Below are positions 33,887-43,510 of a stretch of 64,000 nucleotides of DNA, piece by piece (within the stretch, counting starts at the first letter, position 1; each line of letters starts with the position of its first letter). The stretch lies in sequence record MW845758.1. One strand, 5' to 3'. The notes below the pieces were generated by a model. The model did not search any database, was not told where the DNA came from, and was given only the letters and a program-made list of their open reading frames with translations. Made by a program: the position numbers and the translations under genes.

Positions 33887-35011
33887 ATGTCATTGGAACA
33901 AGATTTAGAGATTCTCAACGATGACTACGATAGACTTGTGGCGTTGGAGTCTCTCGGTATGCCACCGGATTATCCGGCGATTGCAGCTATCCGACAACGT
34001 TGGTGTCTGGATGATGTCGAACCGCCATTCGTTGCAGGTGAGTCTACCCCGATGGAACGCGCGCAGGCCGTACACGATGCAGAACGCTTTGGTCGTGTCA
34101 GTACCGTCTACGCAGGAAAGGCTGCCCGTAGTCTGGGCCGAGGTGCTCATGCGGTCGGACGTGCAGGAAGGCCACTGGTAGAGAAAGGAGCCAGAGCGGT
34201 TGGTCGGGCCTCTCACCAGCTGGCTGCTCGCTTTGTTGACTTCGCAGATGAAATCGCCAAAGACACCACCAAGAAAATCAAGCACGCCACAAACAAAGCC
34301 ACGCTGCTGGAAAACCAGATGCACAAGCTGCGTAAGTTGCTGGCGGCAACCAGTGAGTTGTCAGGTGGTAAAGTGGAAACCGGTAAGTGGACATCGAAAG
34401 TGTGCATGGAAGACAAAGTCGATGTCGATAAGATTATCGAGTTCTGTGGGCACAGTCGTGTTATCGAAGCACGTATCAATGACTTCACCGTAAAGGTTCG
34501 TGGTGTGCTGAAAAGCAACAAAGAGCTTGACGGTAACGAAGTCGAGCGTATTGGTAAGTCCACGAACTGGGCCATCAAACGTGCTGCCGGGTTGGTCGGT
34601 ATTGCCTCTCCTTTAAAAGAGGTGAAAGCGACGTGCTTTGGCGGTAACGTTATCGTGGTAGAGAACATCAAAGGGAACGTCACATACGCTGTTGCCCGCG
34701 ATGGCGATTATGGTGACACCATTGAGGCGCTCTCGCGCAATAACTGTGACCGTGCACTGGAAGCGGTTGGGAATGCGATTGACACTCTGAAAGGAATGGG
34801 CGTCAAGCGTAAGGTTGGTGGGTACACGGCTATCGACGAAGATGCTAATGAACTTAAAGCAAATTTGAAGAACGTGGTACTCAAAGACCTGCGTCGTGTG
34901 ACCGGCTACTACAAATCGTCTATGGCGTTGAACGATGCGTTTGCCACGGCGATGGTGCGTTCAGCTGAAGGGCTGCTGGAATACGTCCGTCTCTCTATCA
35001 AGGGGGACTGA
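33887..35011 (+). CDS. Putative processed internal head protein, paralog B
   Basis: N-terminus nearly identical to 32882 (MSLEQD.EIL.DD.DRLVALESLG); shared WTSKVC.ED and GNVIVV motifs. Confidence 0.65.
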   Translation: MSLEQDLEILNDDYDRLVALESLGMPPDYPAIAAIRQRWCLDDVEPPFVAGESTPMERAQAVHDAERFGRVSTVYAGKAARSLGRGAHAVGRAGRPLVEKGARAVGRASHQLAARFVDFADEIAKDTTKKIKHATNKATLLENQMHKLRKLLAATSELSGGKVETGKWTSKVCMEDKVDVDKIIEFCGHSRVIEARINDFTVKVRGVLKSNKELDGNEVERIGKSTNWAIKRAAGLVGIASPLKEVKATCFGGNVIVVENIKGNVTYAVARDGDYGDTIEALSRNNCDRALEAVGNAIDTLKGMGVKRKVGGYTAIDEDANELKANLKNVVLKDLRRVTGYYKSSMALNDAFATAMVRSAEGLLEYVRLSIKGD

Positions 35012-35478
35012 TGATTATCAAAGTGGCCCTTTCGATTACTACCCCGTTGGGTAGAAAGTATCACAATCAGATTCTCGAACAATATCGGGCACTGTTTGCC
35101 ACCATGCAACCACTGGTCAAAGAAACCAGTGGGCGACATGCTTACCGTCAGTTCGGTTCTCTCGAAGCGAAGTGGGCAGGTAGCGAGCACATGGCGTTAG
35201 CAATTGACGAGACAACGGATACGTTGCTCGGTTTTATACATTTCTCATACAGCACCTCGGGCGATCGGTTTTTGTGGATTCACAACTTTTTCGTCTCGCC
35301 GAGCGAAAGAGGGAAGGGGACAGGTAAGGCATTGATGAATTGGGTGCAAGACTACGGTCGTAAGAAAGGCTGTGGTTGGGCATCCCTCGGTGTGCTTGAT
35401 AACAACACCGACGCACAACGCCTCTACGCGTCTTTAGGATACATCACCGAAGCCCGGGAAATGACTCTGGAGCTTTAA
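35011..35478 (+). CDS. GNAT family acetyltransferase
   Basis: FFVSPSERGKGTGKALM and NTDAQRLYASLGY. Confidence 0.85.
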   Translation: MIIKVALSITTPLGRKYHNQILEQYRALFATMQPLVKETSGRHAYRQFGSLEAKWAGSEHMALAIDETTDTLLGFIHFSYSTSGDRFLWIHNFFVSPSERGKGTGKALMNWVQDYGRKKGCGWASLGVLDNNTDAQRLYASLGYITEAREMTLEL

Positions 35479-35480
35479 TC

Positions 35481-36068
35481 ATGTCCATATTTCGCACAGT
35501 GCCACATCACGATGGCCAACGTTTTACTTTTGGCATTAAACGCTATGCGCCGTTGCACCGTCCCGGTTGGAGAACCGTACGGGCACTCGGTCAGTTTTGG
35601 CGTCTACCGCCGGGTCTTTCGCAGTACCTGACGGATGAAGATGTACAACGGTTGATGACGACCTGTGATGACCGGCAACGTGCGAGCTTTATGGAGGTGT
35701 GCCAAGTTCCCAGTTTACGCAAGACATGTGACGCCACCGCACAGGGCATTTATTGGACAGGCCAGAAAGCATTCCAAGTCGGGATGCAGGAACAAACAGT
35801 TACCGTGACGCCTTTTCGTTTAGAAGGGGAAACGGTGTTCACTGGTATCCGCATCACCGCAGGCGATTACGATTACCTGTTGGCGACTGACAAGGATGTT
35901 TCGATGGCAACGTTTTATAAATACCTGCTGTTCTATTCGCATCACATTTCAAAGCGCTCTTTAACCACAGACGGCTACGATTTCCAGTTTGGTCGGTTAC
36001 CGTATAGTCGAGACAAGAGGCTGGAGAAATGTTCTATCGAGAGCTTGAGCGCTACACCGAATCACTGA
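35481..36068 (+). CDS. Hypothetical protein
   Basis: GGAG RBS. Confidence 0.65.
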   Translation: MSIFRTVPHHDGQRFTFGIKRYAPLHRPGWRTVRALGQFWRLPPGLSQYLTDEDVQRLMTTCDDRQRASFMEVCQVPSLRKTCDATAQGIYWTGQKAFQVGMQEQTVTVTPFRLEGETVFTGIRITAGDYDYLLATDKDVSMATFYKYLLFYSHHISKRSLTTDGYDFQFGRLPYSRDKRLEKCSIESLSATPNH

Positions 36069-36406
36069 ATCGGTTGAAGTTGAATAAGGACGGTAAGCTG
36101 CACGATGTGGCTTACGCCTTAGAACACGTAAACGATGCACCCCGTGTCGCACTCTCCTCGCATGACTGTGGGGCGGGTGTATCAAAGGTCTGTTTGAGTG
36201 TACGAAATCCCGATGGGGAAATCGTATTAAACTTCCGAGCTGACCACGAATACCTGTTGGTGCTCCGCTCTTATATCCGTCAACCCAGCCACGATAACAG
36301 TCTTATCGTACGATGGTGCGACAACTACCAAGGCTTTGGCTTCCCACTAGAGGCCCACAAACGCACGGTATATGAGTTCGTCCGTGCAGTTGTTAACGGC
36401 TTTTAG
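36029..36406 (+). CDS. Hypothetical protein
   Basis: GGAG RBS; overlaps the previous ORF by 40 nt. Confidence 0.65.
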   Translation: MFYRELERYTESLNRLKLNKDGKLHDVAYALEHVNDAPRVALSSHDCGAGVSKVCLSVRNPDGEIVLNFRADHEYLLVLRSYIRQPSHDNSLIVRWCDNYQGFGFPLEAHKRTVYEFVRAVVNGF

Positions 36407-36414
36407 GAGGGAAG

Positions 36415-37005
36415 ATGATTCTCGATTCGATTATTTTAATCGCCAATAAGTACATTAATAAGAACGGTAAGCTCCCTCCGAGCGTCGGCGTCCATCGCGG
36501 AATCTATAAACGCCTCTACCACATCAGTACCGTGGTGGGGATTGCGTGCAAGGTTTCAGGGATGAAGCGTCCACCCTCGACCCGGGACTTTAACCGGGTA
36601 AAAGGGATTTTACATAAAGCCGTTTGTGTGTTGCACCATAAGCGACACAAGTCTCCTTATCGAGGCCTCACCAAAACCCCACAGGAGATTCCCATGACCC
36701 GTGAAGGTATTGTGGACTTACGGCCGAGCACCTGTAACGTAGCAGGCTTAGCCCGCCAACGACTGGTTGCCATCATCGACGACACCAAAGCCACCACGAC
36801 TGCCCAAGAAGCCAACGCCGCTATTGCGTTGATGACGGAAGCAGAACTGGTGTTGGTGGAAACCGATATCCAATCCTACCGCTTGCAGCATTATCTGGCA
36901 GAGCGTGGCATTCTGACAATGGTGATGACCACTGCAGAAATCCCCGGTCTTGATATGCCGAATACGGAAGGTGAGTGGTCAGACCCAACTGTTGACCACC
37001 AGTGA
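36415..37005 (+). CDS. Hypothetical protein
   Basis: AGGAGG RBS. Confidence 0.65.
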   Translation: MILDSIILIANKYINKNGKLPPSVGVHRGIYKRLYHISTVVGIACKVSGMKRPPSTRDFNRVKGILHKAVCVLHHKRHKSPYRGLTKTPQEIPMTREGIVDLRPSTCNVAGLARQRLVAIIDDTKATTTAQEANAAIALMTEAELVLVETDIQSYRLQHYLAERGILTMVMTTAEIPGLDMPNTEGEWSDPTVDHQ

Positions 37006-37010
37006 GTTAC

Positions 37011-37044
37011 TCCACTCCTTCGGGAGTGGATACCTCTCTTTTAT
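37011..37044 (+). terminator. Intrinsic terminator
   Basis: TCCACTCC-TTCG-GGAGTGGA followed by a pyrimidine tract. Confidence 0.7.
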
Positions 37045-37099
37045 TCGTACCAACTCTTATTACATATCGTGCTTATTATTTGACCTCGCAGCACACAAC

Positions 37100-37735
37100 A
37101 TGGAAAAGATTACCGTGAGAAAGATAGTTTCTTGGGACGGCCCTGATTACGCAGGTAAGACGTTTTTACGCAAACGCGTACAAGCAGCACTTGAAGCCAT
37201 GGGTTACACCGTAAAGGCCTATGGCAACCCGCGTATTGATTCCCCTACCGGGCAAGAAGCACGCCGTCTAATGTTGCAATCTGCCGCCACTGAAAAAGTG
37301 TCAGCTGCTTTGATTGCTGATTTCCAAGCAACAATTAACGACCCTGAAAATCAGGACGTTGATTTCCTGTTTATGGATCACTTCTTAGCAAGCACCACAG
37401 TCCATCAAGGCGATGTCGGGAAAGCGGCTGTCTTCCGTTCAGGGTTACTGAATGTGATGGCACCACCGAACGTATTCGTCTCGTTAGATGTAGACTACAA
37501 CACAGCAATGATACGCGCGCGTAAGCGACGCGAAGAAGAAGGTAAGCCGTGGGAGGATGATGTCCTCACTTACAAGTATGTAAAAGATGAAGCGTCGTGG
37601 GATGGGCTTCGCAACAGTTTCCGCTTTGCGTTGCAAATCCTAACTGAAGGGGGCGAGCGTTGTAACCACATCGCCATGCCACCAGAGTACGACGTTCGTG
37701 ACATTGCTAAGCTTGTCTACGAGTTGACCCGTTAA
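37100..37735 (+). CDS. tmk: Thymidylate kinase-like dNMP kinase
   Basis: P-loop WDGPDYAGKT, GNPR (E-P motif), MDHFLASTTVHQG (DR(Y/F)..S..AYQ motif), PPNVFVSLDVD. Start probably 37100. Confidence 0.75.
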   Translation: MEKITVRKIVSWDGPDYAGKTFLRKRVQAALEAMGYTVKAYGNPRIDSPTGQEARRLMLQSAATEKVSAALIADFQATINDPENQDVDFLFMDHFLASTTVHQGDVGKAAVFRSGLLNVMAPPNVFVSLDVDYNTAMIRARKRREEEGKPWEDDVLTYKYVKDEASWDGLRNSFRFALQILTEGGERCNHIAMPPEYDVRDIAKLVYELTR

Positions 37736-37746
37736 AACTAGCACCA

Positions 37747-37783
37747 CCCTCTACTCTTCGGAGTAGAGGGATTCTATTTTTTT
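37747..37783 (+). terminator. Intrinsic terminator
   Basis: CCCTCTACTC-TTCG-GAGTAGAGGG followed by a T tract. Confidence 0.85.
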
Positions 37784-37784
37784 A

Positions 37785-37806
37785 CAAATAGATATTATCG
37801 ATGTGA
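37785..37806 (+). promoter_or_regulatory. Putative early promoter, copy 4
   Basis: CAAATAGATATTATCGATGTGA. Confidence 0.65.
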
Positions 37807-37855
37807 GTGTTATGGCAATAACCTCAACAAAAACAAAAAATAAAAGGAGAAATTT

Positions 37856-38239
37856 ATGTTCTATTTGATTAAAGAAAGTATTGGGGAATTTGTTACCAAG
37901 GTTCGCGTTGCCCATTGGGTGAGGAAGTACGGTTGTTCTTTTCGCAATTTGGTGAGTTACCACTACACGGGTTATACCCGTAAAGACCCACCGCAGTTCC
38001 ATCAGGGCAAAGTCCGCTTTGATGAATCAGCCTACCTTAGGCTTTGTAAGATTCTTAAACGACGAGTTAAAGTAGACACATGGGAAATTGAGATTATGGA
38101 TACCGAAACAAAAACGAAAATCCATACTCACACAACCCCGTGTGTTGTACTACCGCTTTGGTTGGTCTCTGGTGAAGTTCGTGACTTTGGTCGCAAGCAC
38201 GCCGGTCAACTCTACATTCCGCTGTACATCGACATTTAA
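37856..38239 (+). CDS. Hypothetical protein, paralog of 38257
   Basis: TPCVVL...FGRKHAGQLYIPLYI. Confidence 0.75.
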   Translation: MFYLIKESIGEFVTKVRVAHWVRKYGCSFRNLVSYHYTGYTRKDPPQFHQGKVRFDESAYLRLCKILKRRVKVDTWEIEIMDTETKTKIHTHTTPCVVLPLWLVSGEVRDFGRKHAGQLYIPLYIDI

Positions 38240-38256
38240 TAAGTAAGGAGAAATAA

Positions 38257-38670
38257 ATGACAATAACCACTTATGTAAAGGAGGCCTTTTCAGTAGGCCT
38301 CTCTGAAGCTATCGAGTTCTACATGATTAACCGCATCGTTGAGAAACATGCGCAGGTGTTCCGTAATGATTGCCGTCAGGGTGCGTGGATGAACCTACCG
38401 CGCGAGATGTGGCCGGACTTGCTTTCCCGTACTGACCAGTTCAACGTCCGTCCCAATTACGAAGCCATCTATAAACTGCAACTCATTTTTGGTAAAGACG
38501 TTCTTATCACCACATGGGAGTGCAGCGAGTCTGCCTACGAAGTAAAGAACAACCCCAACAGCATGGTGACGCCGTGTATTGTTTTGGAAGCGGGTTATCT
38601 GACCGAAGCTAATCGTCGCTTCGGTCGCCAGTGCGGCACTTCTATCTATATCCCATTCTACGTTCGTTAA
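38257..38670 (+). CDS. Hypothetical protein, paralog of 37856
   Basis: TPCIVL...FGRQCGTSIYIPFYV. Confidence 0.75.
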   Translation: MTITTYVKEAFSVGLSEAIEFYMINRIVEKHAQVFRNDCRQGAWMNLPREMWPDLLSRTDQFNVRPNYEAIYKLQLIFGKDVLITTWECSESAYEVKNNPNSMVTPCIVLEAGYLTEANRRFGRQCGTSIYIPFYVR

Positions 38671-38693
38671 TAAATACTGTAAGGAGTAATCTC

Positions 38694-39044
38694 ATGTCTA
38701 AACGTATCGCTAACGCCGAGCTTAATCGTGCAAAGAACCAGTTCCTCAATCAGCTGTCTTTGATTGTGGATCGTTTAAACGGGTTCCACACCCAGAAAGA
38801 AATCGCTGCGGTGTGTGGTGTGTCTGCCACCACTATCAGCAAAATCAAGAACGACAAGAAAGACCAAGTCACTCTGCAAGCTTTGATGGAAGTGGCTAAG
38901 CGTTTGGGTCTTATCTTCGAAGTGTCCTTCCGTGGTGACGGTGATAGCATTAAAGTGCGCGTGCATGTTGAAGCCGCGTTTGAATACCAGACCCGCATCC
39001 GTGGGCATGAAGCGAAGATTATCCCTGGGCTGCGTTTGCACTAA
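38694..39044 (+). CDS. XRE/Cro-like helix-turn-helix protein
   Basis: TQKEIAAVCGVSATTISKIKN...VTLQALMEVAKRLG. Confidence 0.8.
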   Translation: MSKRIANAELNRAKNQFLNQLSLIVDRLNGFHTQKEIAAVCGVSATTISKIKNDKKDQVTLQALMEVAKRLGLIFEVSFRGDGDSIKVRVHVEAAFEYQTRIRGHEAKIIPGLRLH

Positions 39045-39052
39045 GGGATGTG

Positions 39053-39087
39053 TAGGGAACCTTTTGGGTTCCCTATTCTTTTTTTTT
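39053..39087 (+). terminator. Intrinsic terminator
   Basis: TAGGGAACC-TTTTG-GGTTCCCTA followed by a T tract. Confidence 0.8.
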
Positions 39088-39112
39088 GTCTTGGTTCGAA
39101 CGCATCGAATCT

Positions 39113-39134
39113 CAGATATATATCATTCAGGTGA
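39113..39134 (+). promoter_or_regulatory. Putative early promoter, copy 5
   Basis: CAGATATATATCATTCAGGTGA; 20/22 identical to copy 1. Confidence 0.7.
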
Positions 39135-39187
39135 GAGAATACTAATACTCTCTAATAATTCACCTGTCTAATAAAAGGAAATACATC

Positions 39188-39493
39188 ATGGGTATCATGT
39201 CTAAACTGTTCGGAACCGACGCAAACAAAACTGTTGCTAACCCGCTGGATAACGTCATCACCGCTGACCCGAAACTGGGCTTCTTCGGTGAAGAGGTTGC
39301 CCGCATCGGTGTGGAGCTGTCTCATGCGCATAGCCGTAAAGATGGTAAAGTCATGGCACGTTGCTTAGCAGCGCTGCGTGAACTGAACACACTGAACATT
39401 GAAACCGGTTACAAACTTGCTATGCCAAAACACTTAAATGACTTCCGAGTCAAAAAAGCCCGAGGCGAAATGCCTTTCTTGCACGTTAAATAA
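39188..39493 (+). CDS. Small early protein with a helical hairpin
   Basis: AAGGA RBS. Confidence 0.75.
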   Translation: MGIMSKLFGTDANKTVANPLDNVITADPKLGFFGEEVARIGVELSHAHSRKDGKVMARCLAALRELNTLNIETGYKLAMPKHLNDFRVKKARGEMPFLHVK

Positions 39494-39521
39494 ACTCTCA
39501 CATCCCCCTTAGGAGCACACC

Positions 39522-39728
39522 ATGTTTAATTCAGTTCTGTCCATCGTTAGCCTGTTCACCTTCAAAGCAGAAGCACAAGAAGCACCAGCTCCTGCCAAGG
39601 AGACGCGTCATGATTACGGCGTGCGGTTGGCTGTATTGTGTACAGACCTGCATGAAGCATTGGCCGCAGGTCGCATGAGCGAAGTCGAATATCTGCGTAA
39701 AGAAATCGACAAGCTGATGGGTAAGTAA
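39522..39728 (+). CDS. Small early protein with a helical hairpin
   Basis: AGGAG RBS; DLHEALAAGRMSEVEYLRKEI. Confidence 0.75.
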   Translation: MFNSVLSIVSLFTFKAEAQEAPAPAKETRHDYGVRLAVLCTDLHEALAAGRMSEVEYLRKEIDKLMGK

Positions 39729-39736
39729 TAAATCAA

Positions 39737-39762
39737 GGCACCTTCGGGTGCCATTATTTTTT
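39737..39762 (+). terminator. Intrinsic terminator
   Basis: GGCACC-TTCG-GGTGCC followed by a T tract. Confidence 0.75.
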
Positions 39763-39778
39763 GTAAGGAGAAATCACA

Positions 39779-40441
39779 ATGAGTAGAAGCAAAACTGAGC
39801 GCTTGATCGCCCGCCGTAGTAATCTGCCTATCGATGGCGAAGTCGTTGTCATCACGAATCTTATCGACATACCCGACCGCTTAGTCGGGCGGATAAAAGA
39901 CCGCGGTGGTAAATTCAAAGAGTTACCGTACAAAGAAGAAGTGCACGGTCGTATGAAGAGTAATGCCGTGGACTACATGCAGTGCTTAGTGGCATTCGCT
40001 GACGGGTACAAAACCGTTGGGATGGGCACCACCAAAATGGTGATTGATTTTTCTGAGCACATCAAACAAGGCTTTGCGGCACTACAGGAAGTTTTCGGCG
40101 ATGCCCCTCAGCCGCTTGACACCGCCGGTGCGGGTGCCGAAGACACATCAGACCCGGAAGAGCAGCCAGAGTCCACGCTCGACCTGCCGGATGTTATGGC
40201 ATGGCTTCAGAACCCGAACGCTGTGGATGGGCTTACCATGGAAGAAGTATTCCATTTGGTGCAAGCACTGCAAACGCAGCTTGGGTATATCGACACAAAG
40301 GCCGGAATCTTGCGCAACCAGTCTAATCTGAACGTATCCTTTCGCCCCACCATTTTGAACGAGCCCACTCCTGTGATGGGTTTCGGTAGTTCAATGTTCG
40401 ACATCCACACCCTTTTCGGCAATCCCGGCTTTAAACTGTAA
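39779..40441 (+). CDS. Hypothetical protein
   Basis: TGTAAGGAG RBS. Confidence 0.75.
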   Translation: MSRSKTERLIARRSNLPIDGEVVVITNLIDIPDRLVGRIKDRGGKFKELPYKEEVHGRMKSNAVDYMQCLVAFADGYKTVGMGTTKMVIDFSEHIKQGFAALQEVFGDAPQPLDTAGAGAEDTSDPEEQPESTLDLPDVMAWLQNPNAVDGLTMEEVFHLVQALQTQLGYIDTKAGILRNQSNLNVSFRPTILNEPTPVMGFGSSMFDIHTLFGNPGFKL

Positions 40442-40479
40442 TTAACCCTATTCGACTTTTCCCTGTAAGGAGCATTCCC

Positions 40480-41127
40480 ATGTTAACGATTATCAACTCA
40501 CTGAACGAAGCCACCTTTATCCCTGAGCTGGCTGAGTCTAAACAAACCATCGAGCAGTTCCTCGATACCGTCTCCAATGTTCCTTTTGACCAGTTCGCTC
40601 ATCTGAACGATGACTTTGAAGTTGATAAGCTCGCTATCTGTATTCTGGATGCTGACGTGGTCAGTGTTGTGGTGCAGGATAACTTAGACAAAGAGTCCAT
40701 CAAATCCCTGATGAACTACTACACCACGGCGAAGTCTGTACGGGTCTACCACGCAGACCGCAATGACTTCCCTTCTGGCGATGACTGGACTGTGGAAGGG
40801 TTGTCTTTTGTAATGGCTGACTGTGTCGACCAAGGCATGGGTGAGAAATACACCGCCGAGCAGGAAGGCACGGTGTCCACCATTCACTTCGAAGACGGGA
40901 TGTACGTCGGTACCCGTTTAGATGACCTGAAAAGTTTCTCTGTGATTGCTGCCGGAGAATACGACAACACGGCTGACCCGGTGATTCGTTTAGCAATGCA
41001 GTATTGCGCGGATCAGCAACTCGGCCTGTTGGTGCAGTGCCAAAACAACACGTGGGTGAAGCCAATGCTCGACATGGGTTTCACCGCTAACCGCTGGATT
41101 CTTAAAGCTGATTTCGCGACGCTCTAA
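40480..41127 (+). CDS. Degenerate tandem GNAT-fold-like protein
   Basis: C-terminal PMLDMGFTANRWIL resembles GNAT motif B; two-unit alpha/beta layout; no canonical motif A. Confidence 0.4.
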   Translation: MLTIINSLNEATFIPELAESKQTIEQFLDTVSNVPFDQFAHLNDDFEVDKLAICILDADVVSVVVQDNLDKESIKSLMNYYTTAKSVRVYHADRNDFPSGDDWTVEGLSFVMADCVDQGMGEKYTAEQEGTVSTIHFEDGMYVGTRLDDLKSFSVIAAGEYDNTADPVIRLAMQYCADQQLGLLVQCQNNTWVKPMLDMGFTANRWILKADFATL

Positions 41128-41206
41128 TTAATTACAGCACACACCGTAGTTATAGCCGCCGCTGTCCGGTTAAAGACAGCCAAACCTTAATTGAGAGAAA
41201 ATAGAA

Positions 41207-41968
41207 ATGACTAAACCATTTGTTACGTATGATGAAATGCAAGCTGCTGTTGAGATTCTGTCCACGATGGTTTCCACCGACCACAAACGTCGGCTGGTCT
41301 TCTACCGTGCACGTCAAACCAACCGCAGCGTGCGTACCATTCGTACTGCAACGGTGAATCTGGTAACGGATGTGGTCACCCCACTCCATGCTTCTTTCCA
41401 GATGTCTGGCCCGACCAACGACCCATTGGTAGCAATGGCGAAATGGAAAGGGTTCCGTCATGCACTTTCTAAATTCTTCTTCACGTGTATTGCCCGTAAA
41501 CCTGCCTTACTGGAACTGGCCTGTGACCGTGACATTGAGTCACTGGTATCAGAGTTGCCGGAACTGGGGTATCTGTTGGAATTCAACAAATACTTAAAAC
41601 GGGCCTGCTTTACGAACATCTCAGCTGAAGATATGGAAAGTCGCGATGGGTGGCCAACGTCCTTTGCATGGTCGATCACAGCGCGTTACGAACACAGCGT
41701 GCGTTCACTGATGGTTGACCGGACGTTGAAGTGGTCGTCCGTTCGTAGTGGTGATCGTATCCCGTATATCTTACTGGAAGCCACGGTGCGCAAGCACGGG
41801 GTGACTGTGAAAGACAACGGTAAGATTCAACACCTGTCGTTTGCACTGACGTACCCAGTTGCGGAATGGCCAAAAGTCAAAGAGTTAATGATTGACCCGC
41901 AGGTCGAACCGCTGATTGATCAGTGGCTCTGCCCGAAAGTCATCATCCAGCCGACGCGTGCCGGTTAA
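41207..41968 (+). CDS. Hypothetical protein
   Basis: 253-aa ORF with a purine-rich leader. Confidence 0.7.
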   Translation: MTKPFVTYDEMQAAVEILSTMVSTDHKRRLVFYRARQTNRSVRTIRTATVNLVTDVVTPLHASFQMSGPTNDPLVAMAKWKGFRHALSKFFFTCIARKPALLELACDRDIESLVSELPELGYLLEFNKYLKRACFTNISAEDMESRDGWPTSFAWSITARYEHSVRSLMVDRTLKWSSVRSGDRIPYILLEATVRKHGVTVKDNGKIQHLSFALTYPVAEWPKVKELMIDPQVEPLIDQWLCPKVIIQPTRAG

Positions 41969-42001
41969 AGCACGACCTTTAATCTCAATGGAGAACGCAA
42001 G

Positions 42002-42667
42002 ATGTCAACTTTAGATTTCGTCAAGAAAGGTATGCCGGTTGAAGAGTTAGTTAAACAGCCACGGGTGGTTGAACATCCGGAACTGCCTGTCATCATGATG
42101 GCGGGACAACGGCTGCACTTACTGAGTGACACGGTCAGCAACCTCCACTTTATTGTGGCGTCTGCAGACGGACACATCACCCGGGTCTTCAACCGCGTGA
42201 AGAAGGTAGGCGAAGTTGTTTCGTTAACCCCTTTTCGCAATATCATTCGTGACGAGCGCGGCATGTACTTCTTTAAAGTGCTGGCTAACAAGCCAAAGCT
42301 TATTGAAGCTCTGCGCAACCAAGACCAACGAGCGGTGGTAGCCATCTCTCCGATGTTCTTCGGGTTGTCTCGTGCGTATGCTGAGGCTGGACAAAACCGT
42401 GTGACCGGGATGGACTCTCGGGAACAGTGGTCTGACCCGCGCTGGGCAGGTAACTTACGGGGTGAGGTCGGTGGTAAACCCATTGCCTTCTTCCGTGAAG
42501 TGCGTTACAGCTTGCGCAACAACGTGACCCGTTGTGGGTATCTGTTCACCCGTACGGACGGTTACGAGTTACAGCTGTCCAACAGCAGCGATGGGATTGT
42601 GTGGGAGAAAGCCAGTGACTTCCTCAAACGGGAAGACATCAGCAATATCCTTAGCAGTTTCATCTAA
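42002..42667 (+). CDS. Hypothetical protein
   Basis: GGAG RBS. Confidence 0.7.
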   Translation: MSTLDFVKKGMPVEELVKQPRVVEHPELPVIMMAGQRLHLLSDTVSNLHFIVASADGHITRVFNRVKKVGEVVSLTPFRNIIRDERGMYFFKVLANKPKLIEALRNQDQRAVVAISPMFFGLSRAYAEAGQNRVTGMDSREQWSDPRWAGNLRGEVGGKPIAFFREVRYSLRNNVTRCGYLFTRTDGYELQLSNSSDGIVWEKASDFLKREDISNILSSFI

Positions 42668-42673
42668 GGAAGT

Positions 42674-42705
42674 CAGGCTACCTTCGGGTAGCCTGCTTTT
42701 CGTTT
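42674..42705 (+). terminator. Intrinsic terminator
   Basis: CAGGCTACC-TTCG-GGTAGCCTG followed by a T tract. Confidence 0.8.
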
Positions 42706-42760
42706 ATTACTCCCGATACGCGCCGGGTAAAGCACGTCAAAGATATCGAAGGATAACCCA

Positions 42761-43510
42761 ATGAAAGTCGATGTAGTCGGTCACAGCATCAATGAGTTGT
42801 TAGATAACCCGTACCTCGTACATGTCGCGACACTCCGGTCACCGGAAACCACCCTCGCAGCGATTGCCCTGCGTAGGACTGACAAGAAGTGGTCAGCCCG
42901 GGTATTCATCTACGACCAACACAGTGGGGTCATCGTTAAAGAGGCTGCCTCTTCAGCAGACTGGGACAGAAGCAAACAAAAGTTCTCCCCAAGAAGCTTT
43001 GGTTTCACGATAGCGATGGAGACCAACGAATACTACCTCGCGAAACGGATAACCGACTACGCCCTCTACCGTGCGATTATCGTTGGGGATGAGGATACGA
43101 TAAGAAAGGTAGACCCACTGTTCTACGGGTTATGTTGCCTGCGTCGTGCTGCCCATGCAGAGACACCTTCTGCGTACGAAACGATTATGCCGGTCGGTGA
43201 GAACTACTGGACGGGGAACAAACGAATTAAGACCGAACAGGGCGAGGTAATAAACTACCGGAAAATCTCTTTTCGTATTCCACCAAAAGGACACCTCGAC
43301 CGCGTTGAAGGCCCATCACGGGTTACGTACGAATGTCGATTTGAAACCACGCCGAAAAGAAACGGTGCGGACGGGAGCATTCTCACGCTAACCCGGTATT
43401 ACCTAGAAGGGTATTGGCCAACGCTCGACGAGTTTATGGCCGAAGAACGTAATCAAAATTACATCAGGCTGTTTCTAGAAGAAAAGAAACTGCGGGATGC
43501 TAATCGCTAG
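42761..43510 (+). CDS. Hypothetical protein, paralog of 43566
   Basis: VDPLFYGL and LTRYYLEGYWP motifs. Confidence 0.7.
   Translation: MKVDVVGHSINELLDNPYLVHVATLRSPETTLAAIALRRTDKKWSARVFIYDQHSGVIVKEAASSADWDRSKQKFSPRSFGFTIAMETNEYYLAKRITDYALYRAIIVGDEDTIRKVDPLFYGLCCLRRAAHAETPSAYETIMPVGENYWTGNKRIKTEQGEVINYRKISFRIPPKGHLDRVEGPSRVTYECRFETTPKRNGADGSILTLTRYYLEGYWPTLDEFMAEERNQNYIRLFLEEKKLRDANR

Noticed and set aside
39090-39112. GGTTCGAAC as a tRNA T-arm
   Set aside because: Only a short TTCGA-ACGCA-TCGAA hairpin; no cloverleaf, D-arm or CCA end.
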